64,000 nucleotides of DNA from Octopus sinensis (GCF_006345805.1 NC_043021.1:6076001-6140000), one strand, 5' to 3'; counted from the stretch's first letter, positions 1-11,152 are shown. Notes: a model not told the origin generated them from the letters alone. Made by a program: numbers and translations.

Positions 1-916
1 AAATGACTGAAACAAGTAAAAGAGTAAAGAGAGAGAGAGTAAAAGGGAGTTGTAGTTTGCTTGAAGCATTGTATTACAGATGTAAAATAATAAATGAAAT
101 GAGAAACAAGGTAAGCGTATCCCAGTGCATCTCCCTCACTATCCTCTGGGGCAACGCCTTTATCATTTTGTCTGCTGGTGCTATGAGGAACTGTGAGAGG
201 TAAGATTCTCCATTAGAAGATAAAAGTTAGCTACATATTTGTTTATTTCACGTCATATAAATATATATATATATATGGCATATACACACATATGAATATA
301 CATATGTATGAATATATAAACACATACATACATACATGCACATATATCTATAAAGAGATGCAAAATTTAAAGAAAAGTGGAAAGCTTCCGAAAAAGCAGA
401 AAGTTTATAAAACCTTTATATTGAGAAACAAACTCCTAACCACACAGATGTCTGCACATTAGGTTTCACACACACACACACACACGCAAACACAGATGTG
501 ACAGCAATAGCAGTGCCAAACAGTGTTTAGGCATAAGTGAACTTTAAGTCAGTTAAAATATGTTTGTGACATATTGTGAATTTGCCTTCACACACATATT
601 TTAACTAACCTAAAGTTCACATCTCTTTCTCTCTATGTATGTATAAAATTTTTTTTCCGTAATAAGATAAAATATCAAGGCTGTGTAGATTTTTTATCTT
701 ATTACGTAAAAAAAAAAAACTTTTGATATACATTTATATACACATGCTGATATATGACCTATGTTGGACCCCTTATTCGCATAATCTCAGAACCTGGAAC
801 TTAACTATAGTCTATCCATAGCACTTACTCACCATTACCAGACACCTTTGGGTCTCACTGACACCATTACCTCTCATAACCTCTAAATATATATATATAT
901 ATCAATATATGCATGT

Positions 917-1212
917 CTGTGGAGGCACAGTGGTTAGAGCAGCGGACTCACGGTTGAGGGATTGCGGGTTCGAATCTCAGACCGGGCGATGTGTGTGTTT
1001 ATGAGCGAAAACACCTAAGCTCCACGCAGCTCCAGCAGAAGGTAATGGCGAACTTCTGCTGACTCTTTTGCCACAACTTTCTCTCACTCTTTTCTCCTGC
1101 GTGTAGCAGCTCACCTGCGATGGACCGGCGTCCCGTCCAGGTGGGGAACCTATACGCCAAGAAACTGGCAAACCGGCCCTTATGAGCCAGGCATGGCTCG
1201 AGAAGGAACAAA
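917..1212 (+). mobile_element. tRNA-derived SINE (family E)
   Basis: Head GGAGGCACAGTGGTTAGAGC...GGGTTCGAATCTC with A/B boxes; related copies at about 53470-53772 (-) and 57735-58037 (-). Confidence 0.8.
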
Positions 1213-1528
1213 CATATGCATGTATGTATAAGTGTGTGTGTAGGGGTGTGTTTACAGAAAATCTCACTAACAAGGAATTGGTTATTTTGAGGCTATTGTA
1301 GAACAAACTTGTCCAAAGAATAAATACAGAGGGATCAAGCTAGACGTGAGGTGGTGATGAAGTGAAGTTAACCACATAGTCAGCGTTTGCCAGGAATGTT
1401 ACTTTGAGTATATATAATTATTATAGTTTGCCTTATGGAGTCCTTTTGTAAGAGTTATATTCTTCAGCTGCAAGCCTGGAGGAATGTGTGTCTACTAGGA
1501 AGTCTTGTTCAAAATGGTGTAGGCTTAC

Positions 1529-1570
1529 CTTTTATTGATATGGCTACAGATAAACCTGCCAGGAGGAGCG
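1529..1570 (-). CDS. Internal exon of the unidentified gene (APPGRFICSHINK)
   Basis: TTTTATTTCTGTTTCAG| acceptor, AAG|GTAAGC donor, 42 nt, phase 2-2, open. The gene probably continues beyond position 1. Confidence 0.62.
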
Positions 1571-1620
1571 CTGAAACAGAAATAAAACATGTGAAAATAT
1601 ACCAGTGAGTTGTATTAACA

Positions 1621-2007
1621 ACTAGCAGTATCGCCCGGCGTTGCTCAGGTTTGTAAGGGAAATAACTATAAAGCATCTTTAGAGAGTTATAGCCAAAAAA
1701 TAGCAAAAAAATGGAAAAAAAATGATGGTAAATTTTTTTTGAGATTTAAAAAAGGTGGAGTTGCGTCCCCTAGACAGTTTGTGGTTCGTGTTTCTGATTC
1801 TCGACCCCATATCGAATTTATCGATTTTTTTCAGAACTGGGGGAACTTTTCAAAATTTTCGCTGCGTTAGTTTTGAATTATGACATTGGGCTATGTGTGT
1901 GTCAAGTTTCATTAGAATCGGTTGAAAGCCGTGGTCAGAGTGAGGGTACAAGCAAACAGACACACAGAAACACGCACAGACAAACTGCCGTTTATATAGA
2001 GAGAGAT
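1621..2007 (+). mobile_element. Helentron/DINE-1-like non-autonomous element (HINE type)
   Basis: Starts ACTAGCAGTATCGCCCGGCGTTGC; ends AAGTTTCATTAGAATCGGTTG...ACAGACACACAG...TTTATATAGAGAGAGAT, the typical HINE layout. Confidence 0.6.
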
Positions 2008-2468
2008 TTACTATAATAACACAACAATGAGGTCTCTACTCAACAGGATCTCATGCTTACACTTAACAAGATTCTCACTCACCAGATCCAATTAGTGTCA
2101 AAGCTATGGATCCAAGGACAACTTTCCAGTTTTCACGAATTTTGGGATGTTTATACCAACTGAAATAAAAAAATGGATTGAGTTTGTTTTTACAGCTTGG
2201 TATTAATAATACTCATTTCAAGCAGCTTAATCATTCTTAAAATGTCTTATTGCCTTACAGAGAATTACACAGAGAAACAAAATTTTTATTTATTTTTTTT
2301 GCTTAGGCAGTGTTACTTCCTATTTGCTTCTATCTAGAAATCGAAGGAAATGACTACTATTCCCTTCAAACTTTGCTTTTGTGACCTGGACATCAATGTT
2401 TTGAAACTGACCTGTTTTCCATTACATTTTACACAGATTCAGCACTGGGTTGCTGAAGCAGAAATAGC

Positions 2469-2894
2469 GGATCTTTTCGGTTTGAACGGCAGTTTTTTCT
2501 AGCAGTGTCATATGAAATTGTCACCCATAATTATGATCCTAGTATCGATCTATTGCATTTCAATCTGTTTTAGGGTTAGGGTTAGGGTTAGGGGTGGGGG
2601 AAGGGTATTTTTTTTCCTTCAGAAATGTAAATAAACCCAATCTGTTTCTTAAACGAGGGACATATTCATACGGCACAGAATGTTTTTTTTTTACCTCAAT
2701 AGACATCACTGATTGGTTGAAATTGCAGAAATTGAAGAAAAAAACAACAAATATCTTACAAACTATAGAATTTTCTCAATAAAGCTAAAAGAAAAAGATG
2801 TTTTATAAACACATTCTACCAGTATACGAAGTTTAAAAGTATTTAGTTACATGGAAATTATTTTAAAAGACTGCCGTTCAAACCGAAAAGATCC
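2469..2894. mobile_element. MITE with GG-terminal TIRs and 8-bp TSD (Merlin-like), with internal (TTAGGG)4
   Basis: TIR GGATCTTTTCGGTTTGAACGGCAG / CTGCCGTTCAAACCGAAAAGATCC; flanks GAAATAGC/CAAATAGC. Confidence 0.75.
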
Positions 2895-3473
2895 CAAATA
2901 GCATTATAGCAAATATTTTGTTCAATACCAGAAATTTGCTTTTCAGTTGCTTTTGGCTGACAATATGTGCATCTCTGAGGAGTAGTGGGGAAGCATCATA
3001 GCCATGTGTTGAGAGGGATTCTTTGGGGTTTGAATAAATGTAAGAAAAGCAAAGTTTGACGGAAATATTAGCCATTTTTTAGTACTTTCTAGGGGTAAGC
3101 AAATATGAAATAACAGTTGCTACCCAAAGAGAAAAACCATGTTACACAGTGTTACTATATTCCCATTTGTAATTAATCAATAGTAAAACAGTATTATCAT
3201 TAATAAATCTCAGAGCGAGTTATAAACAGTAGCTACAACACATCGTGACGTACATTTGCCATTTAAATATGGCTATCCACCTTCCTCCTGGGGCTACAAA
3301 CTACAGTAGCATTCACCCTTAGGGGTTAGCCATATTTAAATGGCAAATGTACGTCACGCAATATTATCATTATAGTCCCAGTAAAGATTTGCTTTGTGTA
3401 ATGGTTCTTTGTGTGATTACATCTAATGCTTTCATTACAGGTACATACATAAGCCTTTATATGTTTTTCCCAG

Positions 3474-4260
3474 GTGCTATCTAGGTGACCTAAGTAGCCG
3501 TGGAGAAGGACATTAGTGTAGTAGCCAGAGTAAAAACTGGGTGGAGAAAGTTCAGAGAGCTATTACCAACAATTGGTAACAAAAGGTTTCTCTCTCTCTC
3601 TCTCTCTCGCTCTCTCAAGGTGAAAAGTAGACTGTATGGTGCTTATGTATGAACTTTAACCCTTTAGCATCTAAACCGGCCATATCCAGCCAAAAGTATT
3701 CTGCCTGTTTTATGTTCAAACTGGCCAGATCTGGTCTCTCACACCAACCCTACAATATCGTTTTAAAAATTAACAGCTACCTCATCAAAATCTCATAACT
3801 ACAAGATAATGCAGGATTAGCTCAAAACAATGTGGATGAAAAGGGATTAATTTTGGCAGAATAATGTGAAAACTAAAGAGTTAATGTTATATGGTACTGA
3901 GACAATGTTCCCTGAATGTAGAGGACTTGCAAAGACTAGAAAGAAATGAAGCAAGAATGTGCTGCTAGATGTGCAATGTCAGTGTAGGTTAAAAGATGCA
4001 GAAAAAAACTATGCTGAGAGAAAAACTAGGCATAAGAAGAATGAAATGTAGTGAGCAAGACTGCATTGGTATGGAGGTCTGATGTGTATGGATGAGCATA
4101 GCTGGGTAAAGAAGTGCCATTTGCTTAATGTGGATGGAACCTGTTGGACAGGGAGACCCAAGAAGACATGGGGTGAATTAGTGTAGGTTGATCTTTGGAT
4201 GTTGAGCCTCACAGGGGAGATGACAAAGGGCTAAGACAATTGGCAATATGCAGTGCTCAA
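3474..4260 (+). mobile_element. Degenerate RTE LINE 3' ORF2 fragment, interrupted by a piggyBac-like MITE
   Basis: Remnant YLGD..., RLYGAY, WYGGLMCMDE...GRPKKTW motifs; similar to 60585-61480 and 11770-12368. Confidence 0.7.
3660..3880. mobile_element. piggyBac-like MITE (TTAA TSD)
   Basis: TTAA|CCCTTTAGCA ... CTAAAGAG|TTAA; other copies at 53036-53208 and 58553-58772. Confidence 0.75.
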
Positions 4261-4318
4261 GGTAACTTTCCGATCACTGCTTAACCGAGATCCTAAAATC
4301 AATGTATGTGTATATACC

Positions 4319-4776
4319 TGTAGTGACGTCATTCTTCAGTGTGCGTGTGCGGGGCTGGAACCTTCTGGAAAGGCCTAAGGAAGTTCCCTCATGCACATGC
4401 GCTAAAAACTGGGGAAAAAAATTCTATCGCATTCCTTGTTAGCGTTGGTGACTTGAGACATGGCTATTGAAGAGAGAAGACGTGTTTAACGTGTTATCAG
4501 CCTATGCTCCTGTCCCAGACGCTTGGGATTTGACTGGCTCTGTTGCTGCTGGAGGTTTATCTTTACAAATGTTTAACTTCAGTCTTGCTGTACCTACACC
4601 AAGTGGTTACCAATTAACCAACGTGTCTTCTTTATGTAAATAACGAAATAAAGTGTCATATTTTCTAAGGTTGCTTTCTTGTTCCTGACGCCGGTAGTTT
4701 TTGGAAACAAAGAAGGAAATTGTGTTGCACCCAAACAGTGCAAAAGACACAACCTGTTCCAGACAGTTCCTTTACA
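4319..4776 (+). mobile_element. Solo LTR (458 bp), probably Ty3/gypsy type
   Basis: TGTA...TACA termini, exact 4-bp TSD TACC (4315-4318 and 4777-4780), AATAAA at 4647-4652. Confidence 0.68.
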
Positions 4777-5266
4777 TACCCAACAGGGACCCACACCCAA
4801 TTTGCCCATCAAGCCACCTCAACCCCTCATCTCCCTATTGCTCATTCCATCATTTTTATAACTACATTAATATGCAGCTGTAATTAAACTGCCCTTGTTC
4901 ATATATATATATATACTTAAGAAGTGATTTATACCTCAGAAGTGAATTATACTAACCTATAGGGTTATGTGTTAAGTAAACAAAAAATGAAAAAATAATA
5001 ATAATTATATCTATTATCTTATTTTACATATACAAATTGCATTTATACATACATACACCTGTATAAATGCAATTCGTATATGTAAAATAAGATAATAGAT
5101 ATAATTATTATTTAAAAAAATTTTTTTGTTTACTTAATGCGCAACCCTATATATATATATATAAAAATACATATATATATATATACATATATATACCGGA
5201 GTAAACACATAAATGTGAAACAAGGTGGAAAAAAGAGTACTCGAATACCAGTGGTAGAGTAATATG

Positions 5267-5426
5267 CTTTATTTAAAGCAGCAGAAAATTCAACAAAACT
5301 TGTTACTCTGAGTTTCCCGTTGCCATTTGTTGGACAGTTTTTGCTAGAAAAAATCTGTCCGATGAACAGCAACGGGAAACTCAGAGTAACAGGTTTTGTT
5401 GAATTTTCTGCTGCTTTTAAATAAAG
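5267..5426. ncRNA. Inverted pair of degenerate type I hammerhead-ribozyme-like motifs (probable Penelope-like element terminus)
   Basis: Plus copy 5350-5397 reads stem I - CCGATGA - A - C(A)GCAACG - G - GAA - ACTC A GAGT - A - stem I'. The mirror copy on the minus strand is at about 5295-5341. Confidence 0.5.
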
Positions 5427-6220
5427 TATATATATATATATATTACAACAACTGTAACTGTTACAACAACCACTAAAACAACTACAACAACTGTAACAAC
5501 AAACTACAACAGCAAACAAGATAAAGACCAACATGATCAACATTCATGAAACAAAACAATAAAAGAAAAACAACAAAACAAGAATAAAAGTAGGAAAAGA
5601 ACAGAACCTCTACATACCCTCACACACTTTTTTTAAATATATGAAATCAAAAAAACACCGTCTCTAAAAAAAGAGGTAGATGCAAAAATACATCGAGTTG
5701 TGTCATGCATATAAAAGCAGTACTCCAGTATGGCCTTATAAACATGGTGACTGTGGGAAAAAAAAAATTAAACTTAAGAATTAGAGATTGGTGTGCTTAT
5801 ATGTGTGTGATGAGTAGGTGTGTGTGAGTAGGTGTGTGTGTGTGTGGTGTGTGTGTGTGCGTGTGTGCGTGTGTGTGTGTGTGCATGTGTGTGTTTGTGT
5901 GTGTGTGAAATCGTTATTTGCATTGTGTCCAGTGAGATCTGAAACACTGGTTTGCATATTTATTCTTAATGCGTTGCTCCAGCGAATTCGAATGCAAATA
6001 TGCTAGTCACCGTTGTGTATGTCACAGAAGAAGGACTTCTCACTTTTTATGGCGAACGTGTGTTCATTAGCACAAGGGATCCTGGGACACAGGTGTCCAA
6101 GGATTTCAGTGTCCTGTCAGCTAGAAGTACATAGGAACACATCAGAAACAGTCTCCCTTACATGTGTGCGTGTGTGTGTGTGTTGTGTATATGTGACAAT
6201 GTGTATGTATTATGTGTGTA

Positions 6221-6738
6221 TCATCATCATCATCATCATCATTTAACATCCGTTTTCCATGCTAGCAAGGGTTGGACAGTTCAACTGGGGTCTGGGAAGC
6301 CAGAAGGCTGCGCCAAGCCCAGTCTGATCTGGCAATGTTTTTATGGCTGGATGCCCTTCCTAATGCCAACAACTCCGAGAGTGTAGTGGGTGCTTTTTAC
6401 GTGCCACCGGCATAGGTGCCAAGACGGGGCTGGCAAACGGCCATGGTCGGATGGTGCTTTTTACGTGCCACTGGCACAGGTGCCAGACGGGGCTGGCAAA
6501 CGGCCACGGTCGGATGGTGCTTTTTACGTGCCACCGGCACAGGTGCCAGATGGGGCTGGCAAACGGCCATGGTCGGATGGTGCTTTTTACGTGCCACTGG
6601 CACAGGTGCCAGACGGGGCTGGCAAACGGCCACGGTCGGATGGTGCTTTTTACGTGCCACTGGCACAGGTGCCAGACGGGGCTGGCAAACGGCCATGGTC
6701 GGATGGTGCTTTTTACGGGCCACCGGCACGGAGGCCAG
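6221..6738 (-). mobile_element. Family C element (RTE-LINE 3' UTR-like) with six 59-bp internal repeats and a (GAT)n tail
   Basis: GGCGTTAGGAAGGGCATCCAG...AACCCATGCTAGCATGGAAAACGGACGTTAAATGATGATG core. Other copies at about 11542-11765, 18372-18660, 19538-19996, 25123-25621, 26352-26705, 31458-31703, 39161-39268, 42632-42882, 47886-48535. Confidence 0.8.
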
Positions 6739-6965
6739 GCGAGGCGTGTGAGTAAATGTATGTATGCACGTTTGTGTGTGTATGTGTGTATGCACGTGTG
6801 TGTGTGTGTGTGTATGTGTTTGTGTAGTGGTATGTATATGCTTGGGTATGTGCATGTGTGCATTGTGCATGTGTATGCGTATGTATAAGTATATGTGTGT
6901 GAGTGTATGTAGGGTATATGTGTATGTAGTGTTTAGCCATTCCATCAGTACGTTGGTAACCATAC

Positions 6966-7058
6966 CTGAGATTTTGGACAGATTGAGGCGTAACTGCTGT
7001 TTCCTCTGTATATGAAGCAGCGACAGAATGCATAGAGGAGGTGTGGAATACTCTCAGG
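6966..7058 (-). CDS. Internal exon of the unidentified gene (LRVFHTSSMHSVAASYTEETAVTPQSVQNL)
   Basis: Long (CT)n tract plus GCTTCAG| acceptor, CAG|GTATGG donor, 93 nt, phase 2-2, open. Confidence 0.7.
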
Positions 7059-7059
7059 C

Positions 7060-7504
7060 TGAAGCAGAGAGAGACAGAGAGAAAGAGAGAGAGATAGACA
7101 CAGACAGGCAGATAGGTAGATAGATAGGAGAGAGAGAAAGAGAGAGAGAGGGAGGAAAGGAGAGAGAGGAGGAAGAGAGAGATAGACATAGACTGATAGG
7201 TAGGTAGAGGGAGAGAGGGAAAGAAAGTGTGGGAGGAATGAGAAAGAGAGAGGGAAAGAGATGAGGAGAGAGAGAGTGGGAAAGAAAAAGAAAGAGATAG
7301 AAATAAAGAATGAAAGAGAGAAAGAAAGAAAGAAAGAAAGAAAGGGAGAGAAAGAGAGAAATAAAGAATGAAAGAGGGAGAGAGAGAAAGAAAGAAAGAA
7401 AGAAAGAAAGAAAGGGAAAGAGAGAAATAAAGAATGAAAGAGGGAGAGAGAGAAAGAAAGAAAGAAAGGGAAAGAGAGAAATAAAGAATGAAAGAGGGAG
7501 AGAG

Positions 7505-7542
<38 letters not shown>

Positions 7543-7620
7543 GGAAAGAGAGAGAAATGAAGAAAGAAGAGAACAAATATGTGCAAACAACAATAATAAA
7601 AGTCTACCTTGCAATTTTTC
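7060..7620. repeat. (GAAA)n/(GA)n purine tract
   Basis: Direct reading; forms the polypyrimidine tract of the 7058 acceptor. Confidence 0.9.
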
Positions 7621-8034
7621 AAATTTTGAAATTGGAATGTGTGTGTGTGTGTGTGTGTGTGTATGACAGAAAGAATGTGTGTATGTATGTAAGAGAGTGG
7701 TGTGTATGTGTGTGACAATGAGAGGGTGTGTGTGAAAGAGTGTGAGAGGATGTGTGTGTGTGTGAAAGATAGAATGTGTGTGCGACAGAGAAGAGTAAGA
7801 GAGTATGTGTATGCGTGTTTGAAAGAGAATGCATGAGAGATGGAGAGATTGTGAGTGTATGTGTATTTGTGTGTGTGTGTGTGCGTGTGAAAGAGAAAGA
7901 GAGGGAGTATGTGTGAGAGAGGATGGTGTGTGTGGGAGAGGAAGGAGTAAAAGAGTATGTGTATGCATGTTTGAAAGAGAGAATGCATGAGAGATGGAGG
8001 GATTGTGAGAGGAGAGCATATGTGAGTGAGAAAT

Positions 8035-9790
8035 AGGGTGTGTGTATAAGAGAGAGAAGGAGAGAGAGAGGGAGAGGGAGAGAGAGAGAGAGTATACGTG
8101 AGAAAGATTTGTGTGTGTGTGTGTGAGAAGGAGAAGAGAGAGAGAGTGTGTGTATAAGAGAGGGAGAGAGAGAGTATATGTGAGAAAGATTTGTGTGTGT
8201 GTGTGTGTGAGAAGGAGAAGAGAGAGAGAGTGTGTGTATAAGAGAAGGAGAGAGAGAGAGAGTATACAGGAGAAAGATTTGTGTGTGTGTGTGTGAGAAG
8301 GAGAAGAGAGAGAGAGTGTGTGTATAAGAGAGAGAGAGAGAGAGAGAGTATAAAGGAGAAAGATTTTTTGTGTGTGTGTGAGAAGGAGAAGAGAGAGAGA
8401 GTGTGTGTATAAGAGAGGGAGGGAGAGAGAGAGAGTATACGTGAGAAAGATTTGTGTGTGTGTGTGTGAGAAGGAGAAGAGAGAGAGAGTGTGTGTATAA
8501 GAGAGGGATGGAGGGAGAGAGAGAGAGTGTACAGGAGAAAGATTTGTGTGTGTGAGAAGGAGAAGAGAGAGAGAGTGTGTGTATAAGAGAGGGATGGAGG
8601 GAGAGAGAGAGAGTGTACAGGAGAAAGATTTGTGTGTGTGAGAAGGAGAAGAAAGAGAGAGTGTGTGTATAAGAGAGGGAGGGAGGGAGGGAGAGAGAGA
8701 GTATACGTGAGAAAGATTTGTGTGTGTGTGAGAAGGAGAAGAGAGAGAGAGTGTGTGTATAAGAGAGGGAGGGAGGGAGGGAGGGAGAGAGAGAGTATAC
8801 GTGAGAAAGATTTGTGTGTGTGTGTGTGAGAAGGAGAAGAGAGAGAGTGTGTGTGTGTATAAGAGAGGGAGGGAGGGAGAGAGAGAGAGTATACGTGAGA
8901 AAGATTTGTGTGTGTGTGTGTGAGAAGGAGAAGAGAGAGAGAGAGTGTGTGTATAAGAGAGGGAGGGAGAGAGAGAGAGAGTATACGTGAGAAAGATTTG
9001 TGTGTGTGTGTGTGAGAAGGAGAAGAGAGAGAGAGTGTGTGTATAAGAGAGGGAGGGAGAGAGAGAGAGAGTATACGTGAGAAAGATTTGTGTGTGTGTG
9101 TGTGAGAAGGAGAAGAGAGAGAGAGTGTGTGTATAAGAGAGGGAGGGAGAGAGAGAGAGAGTGTGCGTATAAGAGAGGGAGGGAGAGAGAGAGAGTATAC
9201 AGGAGAAAGATTTGTGTGTGTGTATATGAGAAGGAGAAGAGAGAGAGAGTGTGTGTATAAGAGAGGGAGGGAGAGAGAGAGAGAGAGAGTATACGTGAGA
9301 AAGATTTGTGTGTGTGTATATGAGAAGGAGAAGAGAGAGTGTGTGTATAAGAGAGGGAGGGAGAGAGAGAGAGTGTGCGTATAAGAGAGGGAGGGAGAGA
9401 GAGAGAGAGTATACAGGAGAAAGATTTGTGTGTGTGTATATGAGAAGGAGAAGAGAGAGAGAGTGTGTGTATAAGAGAGGGAGGGAGAGAGAGAGAGAGA
9501 GTATACGTGAGAAAGATTTGTGTGTGTGTATATGAGAAGGAGAAGAGAGAGTGTGTGTATAAGAGAGGGAGGGAGAGAGAGAGAGTGTGCGTATAAGAGA
9601 GGGAGGGAGAGAGAGAGAGAGTATACAGGAGAAAGATTTGTGTGTGTGTATATGAGAAGGAGAAGAGAGAGAGAGTGTGTGTATAAGAGAGGGAGGGAGA
9701 GAGAGAGAGTGTGCGTATAAGAGAGGGAGGGAGAGAGAGAGTATATGTGAGAAAGATTTGTGTGTGTGTGTGTGTGTGTGTGAGAAGGAA
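8035..9790. repeat. Compound minisatellite, about 80-95 bp units built from (GT)n/(GA)n blocks
   Basis: Recurring GAGAAAGATTTGTGTG...GAGAAGGAGAAGAGAG...GTGTGTATAAGAGAGGGAGGGAG...GTATAC, about 20 units. Confidence 0.92.
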
Positions 9791-10329
9791 AGAGAGAGAG
9801 AGAGAGTGTATGTGTGTATGTGTGTGTGTGTGTGTGTGTGTATTTGAGAGAAAAGGAAAGAGAAAGATTAAGAAAGAAAACAAAATGGAAGTCAGACAGA
9901 CAGACAGAGAGAGAGAGAGAGTATTTGAGAATGTGTCGAAACAAGAAGAATGAACGTGTGTGTGCATACACAATAAAATAATCTCAGTGAAATCCAAATA
10001 TTGCAGAGCAACATTTATATAAAATATAGCAAAAACAAAACTAAAAAAAATAAAAAAAATATAATAATAATAATCAGATAAAAATCAAGAGCTTGCTTGT
10101 CATCTTACATCTAAGTAGTTTGATGGATGACCATTCGTGTATTATATCAAAATGTGCATGTTATGTTAAAAAGTACATTAAACATACATTATCTGTATTT
10201 CCAAGGTTCTTAGGCATTATTTCGATTTAAGTGCTAAAAACGTTTCATAAGACTCAAAGTAACGTACGTACATACGTACATACATACATACATACATACA
10301 GGACGCCATGATAGATCGTCAGCTCCTAC

Positions 10330-10495
10330 ACACATTTTTTTTCTCTCCTTGTTTTTTTCTGTGTATCCTTCTGTTGAAGAGCATAGGCTCGAAATGTAAA
10401 AGACTTTTTTCTATTCCTGAGCGCTATACTAATACATTTGTTTGTTTGTACACCACCTGCCTTTGTCTTTTGTTTATTTTCGTAAACTTTCCCTA
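10330..10495 (+). mobile_element. Penelope-like element terminal-repeat remnant with a minimal hammerhead-like motif
   Basis: CTGTTGAA-GAGC-ATAG-GCTC-GAAATGTA-AAAGA; second copy at 13645-13820. Confidence 0.5.
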
Positions 10496-10919
10496 CATAC
10501 ATACATACATACATACATACATGCACATACATACATATATATATATATACACCTCTGATGGTTGCCTCTAGTTGTGGTGGAGGAGGTTACACGGACCAAT
10601 GACTCAGGGTGATGCTGTTGAGAGTCCTAAACTCCTTGTAGAACTATCCTTGGTGACATGGTCAAAGAGAGGGAACCCAGACTAAGTGCGGCCAACTCCC
10701 GAAGACCCCAACAGTGAAACAAGTGGATGATGTTTACAACAAACCTCATTGCTTGAACCAGTGGATGAAGAAGGCTATGCACAACAGACATGCTACAGAA
10801 GGCGCCACTCAAGACTATAACTGGGTCAGTGGCATACATACACACCACTGAGTTAGTCATGTCAGATAGGGCCCCTACAATGTGCAACCTTGACTGTGGT
10901 GTGTTGGTTTGTATACCTC

Positions 10920-11152
10920 TTTCTTTACTAACCACAAGGTGCTAAACACAGAGGAGACAAACAAGGACAGACAGATGGATAAAGTTGATTATATCGACCC
11001 CAGTCTGTAACTGGTACTTAAATTATCGACTCCAAAAGGATGAAAGGCAAAGTTGACCTCGGCGGAATTTGAACTCAGAATGTAGCAGCAGACGAAATAC
11101 TGCTAAGCATTTCGCCCGGCATGCTAACGTTTCTGCCAGCTCGCCGCCTTTA
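10920..11152 (-). mobile_element. tRNA-derived SINE (family B), monomer
   Basis: Head AAGGCGGCGAGCTGGCAGAA...GAGTTCAAATTCC; GTTTGTATACCTC duplicated on both flanks. Other monomers at 14343-14574, 30863-31100 (+), 33197-33427, 52414-52646 (+, 15-bp TSD GCTATTTACATGGCA). Confidence 0.85.

Noticed and set aside
3-203. ORF 3-203 and nearby splice-like signals as an exon
   Set aside because: It starts in a SINE tail. No acceptor/donor pair gives a phase-2 continuation of the minus-strand gene.
917-985. tRNA-like sequences at SINE heads (also 17204, 21520, 30863, 53700)
   Set aside because: A/B boxes are present but the cloverleafs are incomplete and fused to SINE bodies, so they are not tRNA genes.
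2570-2600. TTAGGG repeats as a chromosome end or fusion scar
   Set aside because: There are only four repeats, at the same position inside both MITE copies, so they are element-borne.
6360-6888. Repetitive ORFs such as CQWHVKSTIRPWPFASPV
   Set aside because: They are translations of the 59-bp VNTR in family C elements, which shifts frame with every unit.
6945-9997. 1008-aa and 792-aa ORFs (HTLSLS repeats) and overlapping ORFs
   Set aside because: They are stop-free readings of (CT)n/(CA)n compound satellite, open in several frames. Only 6966-7058 has splice signals.
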